Assembly: GCA_043815885.1 (NCBI GenBank)
Contig: JBDRIL010000029.1
Location: forward strand, 3,249 to 67,248
From: an archaeon
Lineage (GTDB): Archaea; Iainarchaeota; Iainarchaeia; Iainarchaeales; 1-14-0-10-31-34
Length of the DNA: 64,000 nucleotides
Direction of reading: 5' to 3'
Position numbers and translations under genes: made by a program. Under the pieces are notes generated by a model. That model was not told the origin of the DNA, searched no databases, and saw only the letters and a program-made list of their open reading frames with translations. Every line of letters starts with the position of its first letter. Position 1 is the stretch's first letter. Below are positions 34,201 to 44,724 of the stretch, in pieces.

Positions 34201-35085
34201 GTGAATTTATCCATGTGCTGCAGGTTAAGGACAAAGTTAACTGATACTTATGTTTTAGAGCATCCTGAAAGCATTAGGTATTGTGGTTTTCAGAATGTTA
34301 CAATTAATTTGCCTCAGGCTGCTTACAGGGGAGGAAAAGGAAATATAGAGAAGTGCATTGAGGAAGTAAGGAATACAATGGATTTGGCAATGAAGGCTCA
34401 TTTAGAGAAAAAGGAATTCATTTCCACTTTAATGAAGGAAAACGGTCCTTTATGGCAGGTGGGAAAAGTCTCTCCTGATGGAATTCCTTACCTGGACTTA
34501 GATAAAGCTACTTATATTATTGGATTGATTGGATTGAATGAATGCGTTAAGCACTTAATTGGAAAGGAACTGCATGAATCAGATGAAGCATTCAAGCTGG
34601 GATTAAAGATAATTTCTGCAATGAATTTAAAGACAAAGGAACTGGAAAAAGAGACAGGGCTTAGAGTTGCATTAGAGGAAAGTCCGGCTGAATCAGCTTC
34701 ATTGAGGCTGGCGAGAGTTGATTTAAAGGAGTTTCCTGAAAGCAAGGAATATGTGAGAGGAAACAAAGAAACAAGGGAAGTGTATTACACTAATTCAATC
34801 CATCTCACTCCTGATGCTCCAGTGAGCATTAGTGAGAGAATTGAAAAGCAGGGAAAGTTTAATCCATTAATTGAGTCAGGAGCAATAACCCATGTATTCT
34901 TAGGAGAACAAAGGCCAGAACCAGAGGCAATACTTAATTTAGTGAAAAAGACATGGGAGAACACTCAAAGCGACCAAATAGTTATCTCTCCTGAATTCAC
35001 TGTGTGTGATGACTGCAACAGAGTAAGCCCTGGCTATAAAAGAAAGAATTTAGGAGGTAATCGAAATGAAAGAAAAAGAAGTTGA
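31204..35085 (+). CDS. nrdD: NrdR-like repressor (Zn-ribbon + ATP-cone) fused to class III anaerobic ribonucleoside-triphosphate reductase NrdD, interrupted by an intein
   Basis: Residues 1-~148 look like full-length NrdR (MKCPYCGS...[46 protein letters not shown]), continuous with the NrdD body. The main frame ends [11 protein letters not shown]... with no glycyl-radical motif. Confidence 0.8.
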   Translation: MKCPYCGSEESKVVDKRETDDLVSNRRRRECLKCSKRFTTYERIERIELNVVKKDGRREAFNREKLITGITKACEKRPVGREKIEAIVNEIESELLQRKETEIPSREIGELVMQRLKKLDEVAFIRFASVYKTFTDVAEFERELKNLKVVEEKSSGDSTDILLQVATHAAGSTIGWRRSRITEALMKEADLSKDNAEEIAQSVEKKVFASGIKTISVSLIRELVDNELFVRGYEKKLEKQGLIGMPSYNLNQLIYNMSLENSNVRSNSPEAINLAIAENALKQYALREIFSKEVSNAHLKGALHLHDLGYPIRVYCSAHSLEFIKKYGLRLINLSTASTPAKHAHTLTGHLNTFLASMQAYYAGALGISFVNVFYAPYFVGADYKEMRQQAQYLIFSCSQNAFSRGGQSLVPEETIWVKEGEKLKQAGIGELVDEFIELDERKEELIDGTEISRNNFKGIEAISFDEEGKISCKKISAFARIPFKGKIYSITTNKGEVKGVTGSHSVFVWNGRKFEAKKAEELRRNDYIVTALKAKGLVGERNELDLIEFYLNRKEAENEVRVYDTEERFKKALMERYGRSFYKEFEKDTGVKAECVRSNWLRYKKIPLKYYFEFVGNPEEEKLIYKGDSQTVFPARSKVTKSLVKLLGYYVSEGHNSLRSRSFIAVSNKEEKFIESVKECLNELSYHYIVNENKRNGVKTVVIQGILAKIISDLGEEENGVKKIPFIIYNASKELQKEFLNAFHEGDGLKRRNSYAIANTSENVVNGISLLMAMNEKDFHLFKRTYANEKWKPCYELRESLMDNRVIDHKISRELIGRKGFRKELKNLSADIESKGGTKTQQIQLLQMLMEAEVGFARIKEINTCDYEGFVYDVSVPGNESFLGGTGLIFFHNTLFIDFNIHLGIPEFLKKVPAIGPGGKYTGKTYEEYEKEAQLFAKALMDVWREGDGDGKPFPFPKLDLHVNQESFDDPRQFELLKYACLISSENGAPYFAFDRDAVNLSMCCRLRTKLTDTYVLEHPESIRYCGFQNVTINLPQAAYRGGKGNIEKCIEEVRNTMDLAMKAHLEKKEFISTLMKENGPLWQVGKVSPDGIPYLDLDKATYIIGLIGLNECVKHLIGKELHESDEAFKLGLKIISAMNLKTKELEKETGLRVALEESPAESASLRLARVDLKEFPESKEYVRGNKETREVYYTNSIHLTPDAPVSISERIEKQGKFNPLIESGAITHVFLGEQRPEPEAILNLVKKTWENTQSDQIVISPEFTVCDDCNRVSPGYKRKNLGGNRNERKRS
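32428..33885 (+). mobile_element. intein (486 aa) with LAGLIDADG homing endonuclease, in NrdD after ...FSRGGQ
   Basis: Block A is [13 protein letters not shown] (Ser1). Block B is [17 protein letters not shown] blocks [10 protein letters not shown] and [10 protein letters not shown]. Blocks F/G are [24 protein letters not shown], followed by Thr+1. Confidence 0.85.
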
Positions 35086-35224
35086 AGCTGTCTGCCCTCA
35101 CTGCGGAAGCAAGAATGTATACGGAATAAGCAGGGTAGTGGGATATTATTCAGTAATAAATAACTGGAATAAAAGCAAACAGGCAGAATTTTCTGACAGA
35201 CAGAAAGGAGACTATTCATTGTGA
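35066..35224 (+). CDS. small ORF (52 aa) encoding the NrdD C-terminal Zn-ribbon half and glycyl-radical motif (RVVGYYS)
   Basis: Read by hand: [52 protein letters not shown]. It is preceded by a GGAGGT Shine-Dalgarno 8 nt upstream, is in the +1 frame, and overlaps the nrdD stop by 20 nt. It is below the ORF-track size cut-off. Confidence 0.65.
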   Translation: MKEKEVEAVCPHCGSKNVYGISRVVGYYSVINNWNKSKQAEFSDRQKGDYSL

Positions 35225-35229
35225 GTTGA

Positions 35230-35481
35230 ATGAATGCAAAAATTTTCTGGAAAGAAGGCTGTCCAAATTGCCCGGCAGCAAAAGAGTTAGGAAAGAAACT
35301 GGAAGAAAAAATTAAAGTAGAGTATCTGAATATAGAGGAAGTGGATGGATTGGCTGAAGCTTCTTTTCACGGAGTAATGAGCACTCCAACACTGATTGTA
35401 CTGGATGAAAATGAAAAAGTATTAAAGCAATGGAACGGAGAAGTTCCAAAAGAAGAAGAAATAAAAGAACTGATTAAATGA
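35230..35481 (+). CDS. thioredoxin/glutaredoxin-like redoxin (CPNC active site; NrdH-like)
   Basis: WKEGCPNCPAAK active site and thioredoxin-fold motif MSTPTLIV. Confidence 0.75.
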   Translation: MNAKIFWKEGCPNCPAAKELGKKLEEKIKVEYLNIEEVDGLAEASFHGVMSTPTLIVLDENEKVLKQWNGEVPKEEEIKELIK

Positions 35482-36206
35482 ATGGAATCGAGATTGTTGG
35501 AATCCAGAAGAATTCCTTGATTGATTATCCTGGAAAAATTGTTTCAACTGTTTTCCTGAATAAATGCACGTTTAGATGCCCTTTCTGCCACAATCCGGAA
35601 TTAGTATTGAATACTGATTCCAACAGAATTAAGGCAGAGGAATTAATTGAATTTTTAGAGAAAGAGAAAAAATGGATTGACGGAATCTGTCTTACTGGTG
35701 GAGAGCCAACACTGCATGAAGCTTTACCTGAATTCATTTCCAGAGTAAAGGAAAAAGGTTTTTTGGTTAAGCTTGACACGAATGGAACCAATCCAGTAAT
35801 GCTGAAAGAATTAATTGAAGGAAAGAAGCTAGATTACATTGCAATGGACATTAAAGGCCCTTTAGAGAGATATGAAGAAATTGTGAAAAGCAAGGTGAAT
35901 GAAAAAGCAATTCAAGAGAGTATTGAATTAATCAGGAATTCAGGAATTGAGTATGAGTTCAGGACAACAGTTGTTCCGGAAATATTCTTGGATGGAGATG
36001 AAGAAAGAATTGGAGAATGGCTGAAAGGAAGCAAAAAATATGTATTGCAGCAATTCAATAATGAACACAAATTATTGGATCATTCATTCCAGCACCTGCA
36101 AGCTTTTTCTCCGCAAAAAATGCAGGAAATAAAAGAAAAAATGAATCCCTATTTCGAGAAAGTGGAATTAAGAGGGGTTCCAACTGCATTGAAGAAGGAA
36201 AATTAA
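35478..36206 (+). CDS. nrdG: anaerobic ribonucleotide reductase activating protein (radical SAM)
   Basis: CTFRCPFCHN (CxxxCxxC) radical SAM cluster motif; gene context. Confidence 0.8.
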   Translation: MNGIEIVGIQKNSLIDYPGKIVSTVFLNKCTFRCPFCHNPELVLNTDSNRIKAEELIEFLEKEKKWIDGICLTGGEPTLHEALPEFISRVKEKGFLVKLDTNGTNPVMLKELIEGKKLDYIAMDIKGPLERYEEIVKSKVNEKAIQESIELIRNSGIEYEFRTTVVPEIFLDGDEERIGEWLKGSKKYVLQQFNNEHKLLDHSFQHLQAFSPQKMQEIKEKMNPYFEKVELRGVPTALKKEN

Positions 36207-36685
36207 TTAGATTTCTCTTTGAGCATTTCGTCGTACATTCCGGCGTCAACTTCTTTGATTACTTTGTTGGGTTTCTTGTTTTCGACTGTTACTCCAAGAG
36301 AATAAGCTGTTCCAAGGACTTCTTTTAAAGCGCTTTTAATTTTGTAGGATTTCATGTTTGAAATCTTCATTTCTGCTATCTTTATTGCCTGCTGAATGGA
36401 GAGGTTTCCTGCAACCTCTTCCTTTGGGTTGGCGGAAGCTTTCTGTAAATTTAATTCCTTTTTAATTAAAGCACTTACTGGAGGGCTTCCAACCTCTATC
36501 TCGAAGTTTCTGCGTGAATCAACTTTAACTGTTACTGGAACCTTCATTCCAGCAAAAGCCTTGGTTTTAGCATTAATCTCTTCCACTATTTTTCCGATAT
36601 TCACTCCTAAAGGGCCTAGAGCAGGGCCTAAAGGTGTGGCAGCAGTTGCCTTTCCTCCTTCAATCATTGCTTTAATTTCAGGCAT
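36203..36685 (-). CDS. rpl11: ribosomal protein uL11
   Basis: PLGPALGPLGVNIGKIVEEINAKT and the conserved L11 N- and C-domains. Confidence 0.9.
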   Translation of the reverse strand: MPEIKAMIEGGKATAATPLGPALGPLGVNIGKIVEEINAKTKAFAGMKVPVTVKVDSRRNFEIEVGSPPVSALIKKELNLQKASANPKEEVAGNLSIQQAIKIAEMKISNMKSYKIKSALKEVLGTAYSLGVTVENKKPNKVIKEVDAGMYDEMLKEKSN

Positions 36686-36698
36686 AAGAAAATCACTT

Positions 36699-37139
36699 TT
36701 ATTCCTTTATAATTCTAATATGTTCTGCTCTGATAGTAATTGGAATCTTTACTGCTGCTTCAAGCAATTCAACTGTAACCTCTTCCTTTGTATCATTCAC
36801 TCTAAGGACACGGGCTTTTTCTCCCTTGAAAGGGCCAGTAATTAGCTCTACCCGCATTCCTTCCTTAATGGACTTCATTAAAGGTTTTGCTTCAAGCAGT
36901 GAACTCAACTCATCAATCTTTATCTCTCCTCCAATTATTCCTTTTCCCTTAATGTGAGGAGTATTGGTTATTGCCCTTCTTACAGTTAACTCTGAATCCG
37001 CTTCAATCAATACATATCCTTTCAGGCCAGGGATAACGCTTAAAGAATAAATCCCCAATGCCTCTTCCTTTACCTTATTGGAAAGGATATCCACAACTAG
37101 GGATTCCTGTCCTGCAGTTGTTCTAATGGTAAAAATCAT
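36699..37139 (-). CDS. spt5: transcription elongation factor Spt5 (NusG)
   Basis: NGN domain (MIFTIRTTAGQE) and KOW motif (GMRVELITGPFKGEKARV). Confidence 0.85.
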   Translation of the reverse strand: MIFTIRTTAGQESLVVDILSNKVKEEALGIYSLSVIPGLKGYVLIEADSELTVRRAITNTPHIKGKGIIGGEIKIDELSSLLEAKPLMKSIKEGMRVELITGPFKGEKARVLRVNDTKEEVTVELLEAAVKIPITIRAEHIRIIKE

Positions 37140-37173
37140 TTTTCTTCAAACCTTTTTATTTGATTTAAATTTA

Positions 37174-37263
37174 TATCAAAAGACATTAGATATGAAACTT
37201 TTTTAATGTCTTTTGATAGCTATCAAAGGACAAATTTTTTATCTATATTTTTGTCCTTTGATA
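37174..37263. promoter_or_regulatory. two tandem perfect 15-bp inverted repeats sharing the half-site TATCAAARGACA, in the secE-spt5 intergenic region
   Basis: First repeat: TATCAAAAGACATTA, 15-nt spacer, TAATGTCTTTTGATA. Second repeat: TATCAAAGGACAAA, 15-nt spacer, TTTGTCCTTTGATA. Followed by AAAACCC-atcga-GGGTTTTT. Confidence 0.55.
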
Positions 37264-37368
37264 TTAATTTTGGAATAATTTAAAAACCCATCGAGGGTTT
37301 TTAAAGCTTTAAAAAATCTTTGATTTTTTAAATAAACTTATTAAAATATGTTTTGAAAGAAAAAAAAA

Positions 37369-37542
37369 TTATTTTATTCCAAGCATAATGAAAGTCAACA
37401 TTATGACAAAACCAATTACTCCGATTAAGATTATCCCTAATCCAGTTACCTTTGACATTACCTTGAATTCATCCATATCCGGTTTTTTAGATACAGTTAG
37501 AATTCTTCTAGTGCTTTCCCAGAATTTTCTGAAGTTAAACAT
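37369..37542 (-). CDS. secE: protein translocase subunit SecE / Sec61-gamma
   Basis: Read by hand (below the track cut-off): MFNFRKFWESTRRILTVSKKPDMDEFKVMSKVTGLGIILIGVIGFVIMLTFIMLGIK. Single C-terminal TM helix; conserved position between ftsZ and spt5. Confidence 0.7.
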   Translation of the reverse strand: MFNFRKFWESTRRILTVSKKPDMDEFKVMSKVTGLGIILIGVIGFVIMLTFIMLGIK

Positions 37543-37548
37543 ATTTCA

Positions 37549-38679
37549 TCAACCAGTAAATTCAATTCCTAAATCAACCATTCCTGTTTCATCAGTTAAC
37601 TGCTTTATGTCGCCGAGATAAGGGAATTTTCCTCCGGCAACAACAACCATTGCCTGAATCTGTTTTTTTGGAAGGTCTTCTTCAATCATTGCACCCCAGA
37701 TGATGTGAGCATTTGGAGAGATTTTAGATGAAACTGCTTCAACAATCATTTCTGCTTCCCTTAAAGTCATGTCTGTCCCGCCAACAACATTAATCAATGC
37801 CTTTCCAGCATCCATTATATCTATATCAAGTAAAGGAGAAGTTAAAGCATTCTCTACTGCTTCCAATGCACGGGAATCAATTGTTTTTTCAGAACGGCTT
37901 TCCCCTAAACCAATCATTGCTGCACCCCCTCTTTCCAGAATTGTCCTCAAATCAGCGAAATCTAAATTAATTAATCCTGGCTTGGTGACCATTTCAGTTA
38001 TTCCTTTTACTGCATTGGTTAAGACTTCATCTGCAACCTTGAATGCAGCATTTACAGGCAGATCAGGAGCTATCTCAAGGATTTTATCGTTTGGAATGAC
38101 AATTATTGTGTCTGCCTCTTTCTTTAATTTAGTTAACCCATCCAATGCATTCTCCATTCTCTTTCTTCCTTCGACTGTAAAAGGAAGAGTGACTACAGCA
38201 ATAGTTAAAGCCTTTGAATTCTTTGCAATTTTTGATACAAGAGGGCTGGCGCCTGTACCAGTTCCCCCACCTAAACCACAGGTAATAAAAACCAAATCTG
38301 AATCTCCAATCAATTCAATTAATTCTGCTTCAGATTCTTCTGCAGCAGCTTCTCCAACAGAGGGATTGCTTCCAGAACCTAACCCCCTGGTTAGCTTTCT
38401 TCCAATCAAGACTTTCTTGTCTGCAGTTACTGCAAGTAAGTCTTGGGCATCAGTATTAACTACAATTGTTTCCGCGCCGTGAATTCCAACTTCACTCATT
38501 CTGTCAACAGTATTGCTTCCTCCACCACCGACTCCAACTACCCTTATCTTTGCCTTGCTTGCTTCAAGAATCTTAATTAATTCTTCGTCTTCTTCGCCTC
38601 TAACCATTCTCTTTCCTTTTGGGCCGAGCCTTGTTTCGGCTACAGCTCTCCTCACGGCTTTCTCCACAACACTCTTCAC
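37549..38679 (-). CDS. ftsZ: cell division GTPase FtsZ
   Basis: Tubulin signature GGGTGTG (LGGGTGTGASP) and N-terminal VVGVGGGGSNTV. Confidence 0.9.
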   Translation of the reverse strand: MKSVVEKAVRRAVAETRLGPKGKRMVRGEEDEELIKILEASKAKIRVVGVGGGGSNTVDRMSEVGIHGAETIVVNTDAQDLLAVTADKKVLIGRKLTRGLGSGSNPSVGEAAAEESEAELIELIGDSDLVFITCGLGGGTGTGASPLVSKIAKNSKALTIAVVTLPFTVEGRKRMENALDGLTKLKKEADTIIVIPNDKILEIAPDLPVNAAFKVADEVLTNAVKGITEMVTKPGLINLDFADLRTILERGGAAMIGLGESRSEKTIDSRALEAVENALTSPLLDIDIMDAGKALINVVGGTDMTLREAEMIVEAVSSKISPNAHIIWGAMIEEDLPKKQIQAMVVVAGGKFPYLGDIKQLTDETGMVDLGIEFTG

Positions 38680-38886
38680 ATTAAATCCCCCTCACAATTC
38701 CACAAAGTTTTTAGGCTCAATAATTTTCGTATAAATATAATTTGCTCCAAGATGATTTAAAAAACTTATTGATTGCACTTTTATTCACTTTCAAAGGAAA
38801 ACAAAAGTAATAATTTCATGCAAGGAAAAAAATTAAAAGCAATAAGAACAATAAAAAAGAGGACTCCCGTCTATAAGTATACATAA

Positions 38887-40355
<1,469 letters not shown>

Positions 40356-40428
40356 ATTCCAAAAAAAACGGAAACAATAAAAAAGCTCTCATCTTTTTTT
40401 ATAAAGGAAACAGAATTAAAGTGATTAA

Positions 40429-41019
40429 ATGCAAGTAAAAAAAGTGTATTTATTGGTGCATCCAATGTATATACTAGATGTTACTGGAGAAAAAAGTAAG
40501 TTAAGCAAAGAAGAAATAACGAAATATTTGGAATTAACAGAAAAGAATATCAAAAAATGGATGAAAATTGCAAAAAAATGTAAAAAAACACCGAATGAAA
40601 TAATGATAATTATTGGCACAGACTATTTGGTTAACGGAAAGCACCCAGAATCCAAAACAAAAAAAAGGATTAATTCTTTTGACCCAAGAACAAAGAATAT
40701 CCTGCTTAAAGCAAAAAAAGAATTAAAGAATAGGCTAATTTATCTGCCTGCAGATTTTAAGGGAGAATTGGATAAGTTACTTGAAAAAAGGGGCATGAAA
40801 ATAAACAACAAAACAGCGCTTGAATACTTCGGAGAATATGGATCGCAATGCGGGGAATACCTTGCGAATATGCTAAAAGAAAAATTTAGTCTTGAGAAAA
40901 TTTACTACCGCAGAGAAGCGAGCATACATTCTTCAGAAGATTTACGTGCAGAAGAACATCTAAAGAAAAGACGCTTAAGGTCCTGGTTAAAAAAAGTCAG
41001 TTTTAAGAGGCGGTTTTGA
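40429..41019 (+). CDS. hypothetical basic protein embedded in the pyr operon
   Basis: 196 aa, no recognised family; same strand, between pyrI and pyrD. Confidence 0.35.
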   Translation: MQVKKVYLLVHPMYILDVTGEKSKLSKEEITKYLELTEKNIKKWMKIAKKCKKTPNEIMIIIGTDYLVNGKHPESKTKKRINSFDPRTKNILLKAKKELKNRLIYLPADFKGELDKLLEKRGMKINNKTALEYFGEYGSQCGEYLANMLKEKFSLEKIYYRREASIHSSEDLRAEEHLKKRRLRSWLKKVSFKRRF

Positions 41020-41022
41020 AAA

Positions 41023-41934
41023 ATGCTTGAAACAGAATTAATCGGAAGAAGGCTGAAGAATCCGACAATACTGGCTTCAGGCATTCTTGGAATGAGCAGT
41101 TCTTCTTTAATAAATGTAATAAATAACGGTGCCGGAGCTGTAACTACAAAGAGTTTTTCTTTAAAGGAAAGAAAAGGACATAAGAATCCAATCTTATGCG
41201 AATTTGATGGAGGATTCATTAATGCAGTTGGATTAAGCAATCCAGGAATAGAGGAAATGAAAAAAGAGATTAATGAATTCAAGAAGAAATGCAATGCTCC
41301 GCTAATTGCAAGTGTTTTTGCTGAAAGAATGAATGAGTTTGGAGAGATTGTGGAGAAAACCTCTGAATTAAAGCCTGATTTCATTGAATTGAATATCTCC
41401 TGCCCAAACGTGGATGAAGAAATGGGAAAGCCATTTGCATGCAATAAAGAGAGTGCAATGCAGGTAACAGAAATCGCGAGAGAGAGAACAAAAATTCCCT
41501 TAATTGTAAAGCTCTCTCCAAATGTAGATGATATTACAGTAATTGCAAAGGCAGCGGAAGAAGCAGGAGCAAATGCAATAAATGCAATTAATACTCTTGG
41601 GCCGGGAATGGTAATTGATGTTAAGACAGGAAAACCAATTCTTGCAAATAAATTCGGTGGAGTGAGCGGAAAAGCAGTTAAGCCGATTACTGTGGCAAGT
41701 GTTTACAAGATTTATGAAAAAGTGAATATTCCAATAATTGGAACTGGAGGGGTTGCTAAAGGAGAGGATGCAGTGGAATTATTAATGGCAGGGGCTTCTG
41801 CTGTAGGCATAGGAACAGGAGTTTATTACCGAGGAATAGATGTATTCAAGAAAGTGTGCGAGGAAATGAAGAAATTCATGAAAGAAAACGGATACAGGAA
41901 TATAAAGGAATTAGTGGGGAAAGCGCATGAATGA
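41023..41934 (+). CDS. pyrD: dihydroorotate dehydrogenase catalytic subunit (class 1B)
   Basis: LKNPTILASG, NISCPN and GTGGV motifs. Confidence 0.85.
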   Translation: MLETELIGRRLKNPTILASGILGMSSSSLINVINNGAGAVTTKSFSLKERKGHKNPILCEFDGGFINAVGLSNPGIEEMKKEINEFKKKCNAPLIASVFAERMNEFGEIVEKTSELKPDFIELNISCPNVDEEMGKPFACNKESAMQVTEIARERTKIPLIVKLSPNVDDITVIAKAAEEAGANAINAINTLGPGMVIDVKTGKPILANKFGGVSGKAVKPITVASVYKIYEKVNIPIIGTGGVAKGEDAVELLMAGASAVGIGTGVYYRGIDVFKKVCEEMKKFMKENGYRNIKELVGKAHE

Positions 41935-42721
41935 ATTACAGAAACCAGAAGTAATTCCAATAAAGAAAGTAATAGAAGAAGCTGAGGACTTAAAGACATT
42001 TGTTTTTGAGAAAGAATTGAATGCAGTTCCAGGACAGATTGTAATGGTTTGGATTCCTGAAGTCGGAGAGAAACCTTTTGGGGTTTCAATGCAGGGGAAA
42101 AAGGAATTCGGGATTACAGTGAAAAAAAGAGGTTCTTTCACTGAGAGAATGCATGAATTAAAGGAAGGAGATTTGGTCGGGATAAGAGGCCCTTATGGAA
42201 ATGGATTTGAATTAAAAGGAAAAATAATTTTTTGTATTGCCGGAGGTTATGGAGCGGCTCCACTGCTTTTCTTGGCTACAGAGGCAAGAAAGAAGAAAAT
42301 GAAGGTAACTTTTTTGCAGGGGGCAAGGACAAAAAAATTCCTGCTTTATGAAAATAAATTAAAGAAAGAAGGAATTGATGCAAGGGTTTGTACGGATGAC
42401 GGAAGCAAGGGAAGGAAAGGAAATGTATGTGATGGGTTGGAGGAAATTGGTTTAAAGAAATTTGATTGCGTTTACTGTGTTGGGCCGGAAAAAATGATGA
42501 ATGAAGTCGTGGAGTTATGTGAAAAGGCCAAGGTTGAAGTTCAGGTGAGTCTTGAAAGGCACTGGAAGTGCGGTTATGGTTTGTGCGGGAACTGCTGTGT
42601 TGACGGAACTGGAGAGAGAACGTGTGTTGAAGGCCCTGTTTTCAGCGGAAAGAAATTAAAGAAAATAACTGAATTCGGGAAGCATCATAGAAGCAGTTCA
42701 GGAAAGAAGGAAGAAATATGA
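41927..42721 (+). CDS. pyrK: dihydroorotate dehydrogenase electron-transfer subunit
   Basis: FAD/NAD-binding fold and C-terminal Fe-S motif CGYGLCGNCC. Confidence 0.8.
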   Translation: MNELQKPEVIPIKKVIEEAEDLKTFVFEKELNAVPGQIVMVWIPEVGEKPFGVSMQGKKEFGITVKKRGSFTERMHELKEGDLVGIRGPYGNGFELKGKIIFCIAGGYGAAPLLFLATEARKKKMKVTFLQGARTKKFLLYENKLKKEGIDARVCTDDGSKGRKGNVCDGLEEIGLKKFDCVYCVGPEKMMNEVVELCEKAKVEVQVSLERHWKCGYGLCGNCCVDGTGERTCVEGPVFSGKKLKKITEFGKHHRSSSGKKEEI

Positions 42722-44043
42722 GTCTGCTAATAAAAAATGGAAGAATCTTTTTTCAGGGAAGACTGATTGATGAGGATATTTTAATTGAAGGAGATAAGAT
42801 AGAAGAGATTGGTTCAATTGAGGAAGCAGATGAAGTTATTGATGCAGGGGGAAAGATTGTATTGCCTGGGGCAATTGACTGTCATGTGCATTTCCGTGAA
42901 CCAGGAATGGAATGGAAAGGAGACTGGAATTCAGAGAGCAAAGCTGCAGCAAAGGGAGGAGTTACCACTGTACTTGAAATGCCTAATACCAAACCCCCAA
43001 CTGCAACTGTAAAGGATTTGGAGGAAAAGAGAAAGATTGCTTCAAGGAAGAGTGTAGTGAATTATGGATTGTTTTTTGGGGCGACAAATAATAATTTCAG
43101 GGAAATTGAAAAAGCAGAGGGGATTGCCGGAATTAAAGTTTATATGGGTTCAACCACAGGAGACTTATTGGTTACAGAAGACACTGCTTTAAGGCAGGTA
43201 TTTCAAAAGGGGAAAAAAAAGGAAAAGGTTGTGGCAGTTCATGCAGAGGAAGAAGAAGAATTAAAGAATGATTTAAAGGAAGCAAAGCGGTTTGGATGGA
43301 ATAAGGCTGAATTTCACGACGGAATAAGGAGCAAAATGGCTGCAGTAAAGGCAGTGAAAAAGGCATTGGAGTTACAGAAAGAGGTTGGGAATAAGCTTCA
43401 CTTCTGTCATGTAACCACCTCAGAGGAATTCAGGGAAATCGAGAGATGCAAGGCAATAAGAAAAAACATTACCTGTGAGGTTACGCCTCATCACTTGTTT
43501 TTAACTCATAAGATTGCAAAGGAGAGAGGAAATTACTCTAAAGTTAATCCTCCTTTGAGGCTGAGAACAGACCAGATAGCGTTAATGAGAGGGATAAATT
43601 TTGGAGTAATTGATTTAATTGCAACAGACCATGCCCCGCATACAAAAGAAGAAAAGGAAAAAGGTTATTGGGAGGCGCCAGCAGGAATGCCTGGGGTAGA
43701 GACAATGATGCCATTAATGCTTAATGCAGTGAATGAAGGAAAAATAACCCTGGAAAAATTAATTGAATTGGTTTCTATCAATCCCTGCAGGGTTTATGGA
43801 ATAAAGAATAAGGGAATGATAGAGGAAGGAAGGGATGCAGACTTAATTGTGGTTGACTTAAATAAAGAACAAAAAATAAAGGAAGAAGAATTATTCACTA
43901 AATGCAAGTGGAGCCTTTTTGATGGAATGAAACTAAAAGGAGCAGTGGAAAAAACAATAGTGAATGGGAAAATTATTTATAGTGATGGCAGTATAATTAA
44001 TGAAAGCAAAGGAAGAGAAGTGGAATTTGAGGGAGAGGATTAA
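42718..44043 (+). CDS. pyrC: dihydroorotase
   Basis: Metal-binding AIDCHVHFREPG and amidohydrolase fold. Confidence 0.85.
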   Translation: MSLLIKNGRIFFQGRLIDEDILIEGDKIEEIGSIEEADEVIDAGGKIVLPGAIDCHVHFREPGMEWKGDWNSESKAAAKGGVTTVLEMPNTKPPTATVKDLEEKRKIASRKSVVNYGLFFGATNNNFREIEKAEGIAGIKVYMGSTTGDLLVTEDTALRQVFQKGKKKEKVVAVHAEEEEELKNDLKEAKRFGWNKAEFHDGIRSKMAAVKAVKKALELQKEVGNKLHFCHVTTSEEFREIERCKAIRKNITCEVTPHHLFLTHKIAKERGNYSKVNPPLRLRTDQIALMRGINFGVIDLIATDHAPHTKEEKEKGYWEAPAGMPGVETMMPLMLNAVNEGKITLEKLIELVSINPCRVYGIKNKGMIEEGRDADLIVVDLNKEQKIKEEELFTKCKWSLFDGMKLKGAVEKTIVNGKIIYSDGSIINESKGREVEFEGED

Positions 44044-44724
44044 ATGGAGAAGTATAAAGAGGACTTCATTAAGTTCCTGATTGAAAGCAAGGCACTGGCT
44101 TTTGGAGAATTCACCTTAAAGAGCGGAAGAAAGAGCCCTTACTTCATTAACACCGGAATGTTTGATTCAGGGGAAAAAATAGCAAAACTTGGATTCTATT
44201 ATGCGAATAAGATTACAAAGGAATTCAGTAAAAAAGATTACGATATAATTTACGGTCCTGCCTATAAAGGAATTCCCCTTGCATTAACTACTGCAATTTC
44301 TCTGGCAAAGGATTTTGGAATAGATAAAGGATATTCTTTTAACAGAAAGGAAGAAAAAGAACACGGAGATAAAGGCGCAGTAGTCGGGGCAAAAATAAAG
44401 GAAGGAGCAAAAATAATAATACTGGATGATGTATTCACTACAGGAGAAACAAAAGAGGAAACAATAGAGTTACTGAATTCAATAGGAAAAATAGAATATG
44501 TCTGTGTATTAATTGCAGTTGACAGAAAGGAAGTAGGAGTGGAAGGAAGTTCAGCAATAAAGGAATTCGAGAAAAAGCACGGGATTCCAGTGAAATCAGT
44601 AGTGAATATAAGGGAAATAATTGAATTCCTGCACAATAAAGAGATTAATGGAAAAGTTTATGTAAATGATGAAGTAAAGAAGGAAATGGAAGCATATCTT
44701 GAAAAATATGGAGTGAAGGAATGA
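44044..44724 (+). CDS. pyrE: orotate phosphoribosyltransferase
   Basis: PRPP-binding motif IIILDDVFTTGET. Confidence 0.85.
   Translation: MEKYKEDFIKFLIESKALAFGEFTLKSGRKSPYFINTGMFDSGEKIAKLGFYYANKITKEFSKKDYDIIYGPAYKGIPLALTTAISLAKDFGIDKGYSFNRKEEKEHGDKGAVVGAKIKEGAKIIILDDVFTTGETKEETIELLNSIGKIEYVCVLIAVDRKEVGVEGSSAIKEFEKKHGIPVKSVVNIREIIEFLHNKEINGKVYVNDEVKKEMEAYLEKYGVKE

Noticed and set aside
37388-37621. Plus-strand 77-aa ORF
   Set aside because: It is antisense to the genuine secE (37369-37542, minus) and to the ftsZ 3' end.
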